Below are positions 54,358-64,000 of a DNA stretch of 64,000 bases, in pieces (position 1 is the stretch's first letter; each line of letters begins with the position of its first letter). The stretch spans positions 124,001 through 188,000 of the forward strand of contig OZ251249.1 in the NCBI GenBank assembly GCA_965240325.2, in the 5' to 3' direction. Source of the stretch: Rebecca billardiae RCC1528 (Eukaryota; Protista; Haptophyta). The position numbers and the translations under genes were made by a program. Under the pieces are notes generated by a model that saw nothing but the letters and a program-made list of their open reading frames with translations, did not search any database and was not told where the DNA came from.

Positions 54358-57300
54358 CGCGCAGGCTGCGTGCGCGGCCTGCCCGTGGGAGCGAGCGCAC
54401 GCGTGGGCGGCCTTGGCCCGAACGCAGCTCGCCCCTTCCCATGCGCTCCGCAGGCCCGTGCGGGTCACTGCCCCATCATGCCAGCTGTCGGTCCGAATCG
54501 CCGCCCGTGGCTCTGCGGCCGCCGCCGGCCACCGCCAGTGACGCCCGGCGGCCCTGGGCCCGCCGGTGGCGCCTGAGCCGGGACCGGCGCCGGTTGTCAC
54601 GCCGCCACTCTCGCGGGCCGCGGCCCCGGTGATGGCGGCGGACGCGAGCGCCGTCGCCTACCGGGCCGCGCCGCCGGACGGCCCTGCCGTCTGGCAGGCA
54701 CCGTATGCTGCGGCACCAGTATACGCGGAGTCTGTGTCGGGGGCTCCGACGCTGACGCACTTCATTCAGGTGCCTCTAGCACGAGCGGTGGCTCGCGGCG
54801 CAGCAGTGCCTGACAGCGCCCGCCAACAGTGTCACAAGCGCGCTTATCACTACTACGACGACTTACGCCGGCTCCATCAGTCAGCTATATACCGTATAGT
54901 GCTGACTACTAATGACCGGACTGTCGTATACGGTATCACAGTGAACAGATGGACCTCAAAATGTGTACTTCAGAAGCCCGCCTTGAGCGGCCACGAAGGG
55001 CACAATGGCGGATTGCGGCGGCCCGCCGCCATCCCTCAGTGCCCGCCCATCAGGTGTCCATGACCGACGTCACACTCGATCTCGAGAGAGCAGACCAAGA
55101 CGGCGAGGCGGGTGACACGACCCACTGCATCCCCGAACTCGGTCGAGAAGACGAAGCGGCGCTACAACGCGCGTGGCAGCAAGCTGCTGACGATGCCCGC
55201 GGTGAGCGGCTGTCATGCCACCTCGCACGCGCAGATGCGCGGCATCCCGAAAACCTTCGGTCGATGTCTCGCGAAAGGGGACGAATGGGAGGGCGACACA
55301 TGCGCGCATCCTCCCTTGAAGTTCTGATCGCTATCGACCGGCCAATCTCGCGCGATGTCCCCTGCTGCGCACCCTCTCCCGCGCGCTCGCGCAGAGGTGA
55401 TATGGTGCAGTTGCCGCAACTCAAGCTGAAGCACCAGCAGGAGGCGCCGAAGGCCGCGGCGGGTGACAGAACGCTGCCGGAGCAGTACCAGGTGCGATAC
55501 GAGGCCGCGCCGTTCGCTCGGCAGTGCAGCTCTCTCTTCTCTTTCGTTGCGCGCCGGATCAATCTGAGGGTGGGCGCGTGGTGAGCAGCGCAGCTCGACA
55601 CTGGCCAGTGCTCGCAGAGCACCAGATCCCGAGGATGGACAGCGGCGTGGCGGCGAAGCTGATGGCAGCGATCAGCGCCCCACCGGGCTACATCGTACCG
55701 CCGGGGTGAGCGTCGGGAGTGATGCGCTCTCTGATGTGGGCGATCGCGAGCGCGCATTCTGATGTGCGCTCGTGGATGCAGCTCGAGGCGGGGAGGGCCA
55801 TCGGCATCAGCTGGTGTGACCCTCAGCCGTGTGGCTCGGCCACACAGTGGTGCGCGTATGCGCGCGAGCTCGAGCGGTGGACGAGCACGGTCGCGTGCTA
55901 CCCGCACGTGGTCGTCACCATCGCCCCTCGCGCCATCGTGCGACTCGGCAGCGCGCTGCACCGCGCGAGCACACAAGCGTCGGAGCACGACGGCAAGATC
56001 ATCGGCAACACGTTCCGCGACCGCACGTGCCGGGCGGGCGGGCTGAGCTCGAACAGACGCGGCACGAGCATGCCGCGAGCTGGCCGCGTCGAGCAGGCCG
56101 CCAAGCAGGTGATCGTGGGCAAGATCATGAAGAAGCGCACCAACACCGTCGACAAGAACGGCCGGCTGCGACTGCTTGCAGCAAAGACGGTGCAGCCGGG
56201 CGCATCCAGTGGCAGCGGGCCTGCGAGCGAGGTGCGTCTGCGCGAGATCGTCCATGCGCGTCGCACCGCATCTCCACCTCCGCCATCTGACGCCTGCGCA
56301 CCGCATGCGCGCGCGGCCGCCCGGTCGCGCGACGCACTGGCGATTGAGATGACATTCGCGCGTGTCGCGGGCAGTAACAGACGAAAAGACGAGGTGGCAG
56401 GGGCTGGTGAGCGGTGTCTGAAGCATGTATTGGGTGGTTGCGCACCTGCCAGTGCCCGTCCGCGCCGGCTCAGGGTTCTTACTAGGCCGCCGGCCCGCGT
56501 CGCGCCGGCGGCACCCTAAAGTGGACATTTGGCCGCCATTCTGTTCACCGTGTATAGTGAGTGCAGTCACAGCGGCGCGGCGGCTCGGACCCGGGCCCGC
56601 GGGGCGGCGGGGCACCTCGGATTGATCGGCGCGGGCGCGCTATATATAGTAGTCACACTAGTCACGACGTCGTCTCGGCGGAACTTAAGGCGACCGACGA
56701 GTCGTCGTCGGTCTACTGCGCATGCGCTATATGTGGGGTTATTGGCACAATAACTGATTGTCTAAGAGGACGGTGGGAGCGCAATGCGCCGTATGGTATC
56801 AACACCTGCCTGCCAATCGGCCCGAGGCAGGCGGCCGAGCGCAAGTCCGGCTGCCATCTTGGCCACCCTCTTCTCGTGCCAAGAGGGTCTTTCGAGCCTG
56901 CTCTGTGCTCGCGCACAACGGCCCAGAACTAGCTAACTCGTTGTGCTGCTCCTGAGCTTTGAGCGGGTTGGCATGGTGGCTCTGGACAGCCAATTGGTGG
57001 CCTGGATTCTTTCATCTGGCGCCGAGCCGACCGACGCGGCCCTGTGTCTCTCTCGCTCACGCAGCGGACGACGCCCTTCGTTTCGGAAGCGCCCACTGTC
57101 CTGATGGCTGCAGCTGTTCTGGGCCTGCATCTTTCAGGGCGCCCGCCTCTGCACGATGGTGCCTCGTGCCTCGCTCTCGTGCGGCTTGGCGGCTCTCGAG
57201 CTGCATCTTCCAAGCTGCCCGCCCGCCCGCCCATGCTGTTGCCAGCTGCTTGTTGCCTGGCACTTCTGCTGCTGAGTCGGCGCTGTGCGCCCTCCGTCCT

Positions 57301-59421
57301 CATGCTGTTCCTCGGTTCGGCTTGCTGCTCGCTCTCTCAGTCTGCGTGCCGGCGCGCGGGGATCCATCTCACACCGCGCGTCTGTCGGCGTCGAGCGGCC
57401 AGTCCTGCCGCGCACTCGGCCTGAGCGGCTGCCGCTCGCACTTTGTTTCCGAGGAACAAAAAAAAATCCCTTATTCAATGTATAGAGTCTGGTATCTCGC
57501 AGCGTGGCTCCGCCCTGCCCGGCGTGTGCCTCGCCTCCTCGCTGCATCTGGATGGCGCAGGCGCTTCGAGGACGGCTAGACATATATATATACAGACTAC
57601 GCAGTAGCTAGTCGTCGTATGCGTAGCGGTATATGTATATATATATAGTATACGCGCGAGAGACGCGGAAAGTGCCTGCCATAGCATGACTAGCAGCGCT
57701 AACTGCGCTCAGACTGCGCGCCGAGTCAGAGTCAGACGGCTATAACGCCCGCCGTAGGCTGCGCCAAGGGTTGATATGCCGTGGCCCGCGTGGCCGTTCC
57801 GGCGCGCTGGCGATCGCTCGCCCGCTCACGGATATATCGTCGCCATCGGCGCCGTACGTGACGACTCACTTGTCGTGAGCCTGGCCTGGGCCGAGCAACT
57901 AACTTATTGTCTTATATATATTATAATAAGTGGCGACGCCGACTGGCGAGGCAGGCGGCGGAGGCATTCATGATATGACACGCAGGACCCGGGGCCTGTC
58001 CTCGTCGCCCCGCACTATATATACTGAACAAAGACTCAAGCAGACTGTACGTAAGCATCATCAATATTCCGTACAGCTCGGGTCCTCGACCCCAACAATT
58101 GAATCCGCGACGGACACTGACGATTTTATTTGCTGACGACTACGCACGCGGCTGCTGTAACGATGTGAGATGGGCCAGAGGCTCACAGTAGCGCAGTATG
58201 ACAGTAGCGCCATGATGGACCTAGTACTCCTCGGATGACGGCAGGATGTAGTGGTTGCAGTGAGCGGCGCGCTCAGCGTGTGGCCAGGGCTGGCTTGGAT
58301 GTACAGCTCAACCGACTAGCGTTTGGCTCTGAGCAGTGTGAACAGGTCCACGGAGCCCCCGCTGGTGGTCGCATGCCTGCGCTAAACCATTCGTATCTGG
58401 CGCACGGTTGCATTTCGGACGGCGGGCGCGGGCTCAGGTGCGCGCACTGGTGGGCCTCCAGCGTTCGCTGTGGGTAGTGGGGCCGACTGTAGCCCTTGCC
58501 CGCACGGCCAGAGCCGATCGATGGGCTGTGCAGCAGCTGTGCACAAAGAGAGGTGCGCAACTGGTAGGCGGCTGGACCGATCGCGTCACTGGCCGTACGT
58601 ATTATATAATACTCGTCGGGTGTAACTAGCGCCTACGCCCGGGCTTGCCCAGGGCCGTGTCGAGCGCCATGTCGTCATAGTTCGACTGCGACGACCATGC
58701 GCCACGTATTATAATAATATCTGTGCGGCGGTCTTGATGAGTAAGCGGGCTGCCGGGCTGCTCAGTGCGCTGGCTACTCCTGCCAGATCGATCGACCGCC
58801 CGGATATGCTGCGCCGATAAGCCATACGAGCTCACTGGCACGGCTGCCGTTCACTCACGGCCCTCGGCTCGCCGGGTAACCAGCCGCTTAATTGTGCCGC
58901 GACTACTGTCCCGGAACCGCTTGACGACGACCCACCGTATCCTCAGAGGGGCGTACGTTGCCGTGCGAACGCGGGCGGCGGCTGCCCGGCTATATGCGCG
59001 GTCGCAGATGATGACTACGACGGACCCAGCGGACCTAAAGTAGTGATGGCGGGGTGCACACCGAGATATATAGTGATGACGCACCGTACTCCGGAGCCGA
59101 GCCGAGAGTGGCACCGGTGTGAGCCACTGTCCGATTGAGTCCGGCGGGCCCGGGGCCGGCCTGCCGTAAATGTAATATATAATAATATAATAATCGTCGG
59201 ACGCGATGTTCCCGGCGGGGACGAGACTCCTCGATATGCACTGCTGCTGCTATACAGAACGACAGTAGATAGCAGCATTAAGCAGCCATCGTATTTCAGC
59301 GCTGGCCGACCGCTGGACACCTGGCGACCGTGACTCGGTGTGCGCGCTGTCTGCTGACGCTCGAGTGGCCTCCGTCACTTCCCGCGGAGTGAGCGGCACA
59401 GGGGCCGCTGCTGCCGGCACG

Positions 59422-62400
59422 TCAGCTCGGCTGCGCGGGCGGCTCGCCGAGAAGGCCGAGGACCAGCGCGAGGCCTCGCGCGCGCAGCGCGGCCGCCTCC
59501 GCCTCGGCGCGCGCCGCCGCGCCGCTGCCGTCCGCGCCGCCCTCGGCCGCAGCGGGCGCGCCGTGCGGCGCGAGCGGCGCCGCCCAGTCCGCCTCCGCGC
59601 CGGCGGCCGCCTCGATCGCGCGCAGCGCCGCGCTGAACGCGCGCTGGATCTGGCCGATGCGGTAGCAGTTGCGCCCGATGTTGTTGTCTGCGGGCGTGCG
59701 CGCGCGCGCACGCGCGCGGGAGGCGGCCGTCGCGTGTGGTCGCGGGCGGTCCGGCGGCGCGAAGCCCGCGCGCGCGCGTGCGTGCATGCGGCGCGGGCGC
59801 GCGGGCGGGCCTGCGTGTGGGGCACCGCGTCAACGGCCCAGCCCCGGCCCCCCGCCCTCCCCCCGCCCTTCCACCCGCCCCCACGCGCGCTCTGCTCCCC
59901 CCGGCACGCGCCGCGCGTCGCACCGATGTGCGCCGGGTCGATCAGCACGAGCGAGTCGCAGCGAAAGTGGTCGAGGTGGGCGGACGCGCGCCTGCGCAGC
60001 CAGCCGGCCGCGGGCGCGCCGTAGCCGTAGCCGCCGTACGCGCCGCCGCCCAGCCCGGGATAGTCGTTGATCGATACGCCCTGGCGAGACGCGGGGGCGG
60101 GGGCGGGGGGGGGGGAGGGTTGGGCGGAGGGTTGGGCGTAGGGTTGGGCGTAGGGTTGGGGGTAGGGTTGGGCGGAGGGGGCAAGGTCGGGGTTGGCGGT
60201 GGTGTTGGGAGCAGGGCGGCGCGTGGGCGGCGCGCCGAGCGCCGCACCTCCTGCTCGGGCGAGAAGGAACGTTCCGAGAACCTTCCGAGGAAGTGGGTAA
60301 GCACGCAGCCCAGGTTGGTGTACCGCAGCAGCTCGCTCGACGGCGGCGGCGGCGGCGGCAGCGCGGGCGCCACCGTGCCCGCCAGCAGCGCGGCGCTCAC
60401 CGCCCTGCGCTCCGCCGCGTCCTCGTCGCCAATCGTGATCCCGCCGGCGGTGACGGCGGCAGCGACGGCGGCGGCGCCGAGCGGCGGCGCGGGCGGCGCG
60501 GGCGGGAGCGGCACGCCGACCGCGGCGGCGTGCAGCTTCTGCGCGATCGCGGCGAGCGGCGTCACCGACGCGTGCGGCGGCGTCGCCGCGGCCGCGCCGA
60601 GCAGCGGAGACGTCACGGCGGTGAGCAGGGGGCTCTGCGCACCGAACGCGGCGGCGGCGGCGGCGGCTGCGGCCGCGCTCGCGGCCGGGAGGAGGCCCGT
60701 GGCGAGGGCGGCGGGCGGCAGCGCGGCACCGCCGCCGCCGCCGCCGCCCAGCGCCCCCAGCGTCGGCGACGATGTCGCGGAAGTGCCGCCAGAGCGCGGG
60801 CCGCCGCCGCCGGCAGACGCGGCACCGGCGGTGGCGGCGGCGGTGGCCGCGGCGGCGGCACCGCCAACGCCGGCGGTGGCGGCTGTGGCGCCGATCGGGC
60901 CGCCCGCCGCGTGCGCCGCGTGCGCCGCGGCGATCTGCGCGGCCGGCAGCGGCGGCGGCAGCAGCACGGCCGTGGCGCCCGCCTCCGCTTGGGGGTGCTG
61001 CGGTGGCGGCGGCTGCGCGGGCGCGGCCGCGTCCGTGCGATGCGGCGGCGGCGGCGGCGGCGGCGCGGGCGCGACGAGCGGCGTGCTCGCCGCCGCCTGC
61101 TGCGCCGCGGCGGCGGACATGGCAGCGCGCACCTCCGCCGCCTCGCGGCCCGCCGCCTCCGTCGCCTGCTCGGCCAGCAGCCTGCGCCGCGTGCGCGCGC
61201 GACCGCCAACGCGCGGGGCGCAGGCTGCGTGAGCGGCGCGGCCCTCGCGCGCGCGTGCCGCCGTGCTGCCCACAGCCGCCGCGCGGCGCGTCGCCGCGAA
61301 GCCCTCCGCACAGCCACGCACACACACACACACTCCACACTGGTGCACACACACACACACACGCACACCCCACTAGTGCACACACACCTGTACTCGTCCC
61401 GCAGGATGCGCACCGCCATGATCACCACGCCGTACGACGAGAGCCCGCCCGTGAACGGCCTGTTCAGGTGCACCGCCTTGAGCAGCGCCTTGACGAACAG
61501 CACGAGCGGGATCAGCGGGGGCGAGGCGACGACGAGGTGGCGCATCACCTCCATCGTGCGCAGCCCTGCACACGCGCACGCGCACGCGCACGCGCGCGGG
61601 GGCAAGCACGAGTCACGGAGCAGCGCGGCGCGGCGGGTGCGCGCGCGCCGGCGGGCGCGCGTCGGGCGGCGGACAGCCAGAGAGCGGGAATAAACACAGG
61701 AAACAAAAAAGGGCCGCGCGCGCACCGTGGTGCCCCGGCGCGTAGAAGCTCAGGTCGACGTTCACGACGGCGGCCGGCTCGGCGGCGCCGGGCTCGGCGG
61801 GCAGCGAGCACGCAAGCGAGACAATCGGCACGGTGCTCGACGTCACCGCCACCTCGGCGATCCACTCCGAGAACGACGACGAGCGCAGCGCCGCCGCGAC
61901 GCGCTGCACGCACTCGGCCTGCAGCGCGCGCGACGCGCCCGCCGCCTTGCACGCCTGCAGCATGGCGGCGGGCAGCCAGTCGCAGACGACGAGGTCGAGG
62001 TCGGACTCGGCGGAGGCGAGCATGCACGAGCACGAGCCGTACACCTTGAGCGTCGAGCCCGGCCACAGCGAGCGCACCGCCGCCGTCAGCCGCCGCACGA
62101 CCGCGTTGCGCTGCGGCAGCTGCCGGCGGAAGCGCGCATGCACCTGAGAAGAGCAGAGCGGCGGGGAAAAAAGGGGAAAAGGAAAACGACACAAGAAAAG
62201 AAAAGAAAAAACTCAAGACTCTGAGCGGCTCGCCCTGGCGCGCGCGAAGCGCGGCGCGGGCACGCGCGCGGGCGGGCGGCGCGGCGCGGGCGCGCGCACC
62301 TGGTCGGCATAGGCGCAGAGGCCGGCGTGCAGCGCGTCGTGGATCGAGGCGGTGTAGAACGGGCCGACGCCGCCGCCCACCGCCACGGCCGACGGCGGCG

Positions 62401-62774
62401 GCGCGCAGTCGCACGCGGCGCCGCAGCCGCCGCAGCATGCCGCGTGAACGGACGCGTGCGGCGGCGCGGCCGACGCGGCGGCGGCGCTGTCGGCGGCGGC
62501 GGCGGCGGCGGAAGCGAGCGCGTGGCGGCACGGCGGCACCGGCAGCTGCGCCGTCACGCTCGCCGCCGCCGCCGCCGCCGCCTCGTCGTCGGCGACGTCC
62601 GCAGCCGCTGCGCCGGCGCGCGCGAGCGCGCCCGCGGCGTCGGACGCCGGCGGCGCGCGCGGGCGGTCAGCGTCGTCGGCGCCCGTCGACGTGGGCACGC
62701 GCGCGGGCGAGAGCCCGGCCTCCGGCATGGCGACACCGCCCGCCGCGCCCGCGCTGCCCGCTCCTGCCTCGTGC

Positions 62775-62807
<33 letters not shown>

Positions 62808-63100
62808 AAGACGGGGGCGTACCAGGAGGTGCCGTCGACGCACCACTGCGCGTCGTCGTCGTCGTCGGGCGGGGGCACGGCGTTCGCCCACGGGATCGCG
62901 GCGCCGCCCTCCGCGCCCGCGCGGCGCGGCGCGTCGGCGGCGCCGCCGGCGCCGCCGCCGCGCGCCGCGTCGGCGCGCGCGGGCGTCGAGGGCGGCGGGC
63001 GCAGCGCGAGGAGCTGCTCGCGCGTGTACTGGTACACGGGCCCCATCGGGCCCAGCCCGCCCGCGTGCGCGGGCATGCGCTCCGCCACGCCTGATGCCAT
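59422..63100 (-). CDS. Non-canonical poly(A) polymerase / terminal nucleotidyltransferase (TRF4/PAPD5-like), about 6 exons
   Basis: VYGS..LASAESDLDLVV, VPIV, VDLSF, LVLFVK.LL...LNRPFTGGLSSY, LGCVLTHFL, LVLIDP, NNIGRNCYR..QI..AF. Confidence 0.9.
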
Positions 63101-63561
63101 CCGAGCGCGGTGCGCGGTGCCGTGCGGCGCGGCAGCGCGGGCTCGGTCGCCTGATTCAATGCGGGCGGCGGCGCGTGCCTGGGCGGCCGAGCGGAATGAT
63201 GATGACTGCGCCGGCGAACGACTGCCCACTTTCTGAAGGCGAATTAAAATCCGCCTGACGAACGCTCATGAACAGCGCTATCTATCCTGGTCGGAACGAA
63301 CCGATCCACGTGGATCTTGGGATGATCGCTCAGATTTGTAATTGTTCCATCAAATTGGATGCTCGATGACGCGACCGGATTGGGTCGTCAAAAACCCGGC
63401 TCGGAATCATATGCTCGACACGATGGCGGCGGCGCCGCCGGCGCGCGCCCTGTCTGAGGCTCGAGCCGTCGCGCCCGGTCAAGGCCGCCGCCCCCACCCG
63501 ACCTCCCCCCCACCACCGCCCATCCCCACCGTCTTGCCACATCGCACGGCTCGGCGCGCGC

Positions 63562-64000
63562 TCAGGCCCGCGCGCCCGCCGGGCGCGCGCGCCCCGCGAC
63601 CGGCGTGCCGCTCTCGCTCTCGGCCGCGCCGCCCTCCTCCGCCACGGCCGCGAGCTCGAGCTCGACGGCGGCCTGGTCGCGCTTGCGCTGGGCGCGGCCG
63701 ACGCGGCAGGCGTGCCACGCGCACAGCCCGAACGCCACCACGATGGCGCCCAGGATCGCGAGCAGCAGCCAGTTGGCCGCGAGCCACGCGCCGAGCGTCG
63801 GCGCGGACGGCGGCGGCGTCCCCGAGATTCCGGGCACGCGGCCGCCATCGTTGGCGCCCCCGGACTCGTCGTCGCCCCCCGCGGCGGCGGCGCCGTCCTG
63901 CTCGGGCGCCGCGCCGCCGCCGCCGCCCGGCGCGCCGCCGCCCGACGCCGCGAGCGCGTCCGCGCGCGCCTTGCGCGCCTCCATGCGCTCGCCCACGCCC
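63562..64000 (-). CDS. 3' part of a gene running off the window, with a C-terminal single TM segment
   Basis: WLLLAILGAIVVAFGLCAW followed by basic residues. Confidence 0.55.
   Translation of the reverse strand, partial: GVGERMEARKARADALAASGGGAPGGGGGAAPEQDGAAAAGGDDESGGANDGGRVPGISGTPPPSAPTLGAWLAANWLLLAILGAIVVAFGLCAWHACRVGRAQRKRDQAAVELELAAVAEEGGAAESESGTPVAGRARPAGARA

Noticed and set aside
57737-57750. CTATAACGCC as a third YR terminus
   Set aside because: Lacks the GTTATAG arm, the CAC end and the microsatellite flank.

Overview
Very GC-rich eukaryotic genomic DNA, not prokaryotic: it has short GC-rich GT-AG introns, cytosolic ribosomal protein genes and TTAGGG tracts. The style suggests an alga, possibly a pavlovophyte haptophyte (inference). 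Housekeeping genes: RPL23A, RPL11, an ankyrin-repeat kinase, a ZIP transporter, a sulfotransferase-like protein, an SDR, an endosulfine and a TRF4/PAPD5-like nucleotidyltransferase. Accessory content: (i) two tandem triplets of intronless F-box + RCC1-propeller genes plus a pseudogene. Their differences cluster in the same two loops of every blade and show patchwork exchange between copies, resembling a diversifying receptor repertoire. (ii) An intronless microbial rhodopsin fused to PAS, histidine-kinase and Hpt-like modules that appear to lack both phospho-histidines and the receiver domain. (iii) A Ngaro/PAT-type tyrosine-recombinase retrotransposon with split direct repeats and one RT-RNaseH-YR ORF containing a 2A-like NPGP motif. 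(iv) An apparently intact LINE (APE-RT-RNaseH-Zn) with a C-terminal OTU-like protease domain. (v) A CACAG-ended TIR element. All domain calls come from motif recognition by eye; no database searches were run.
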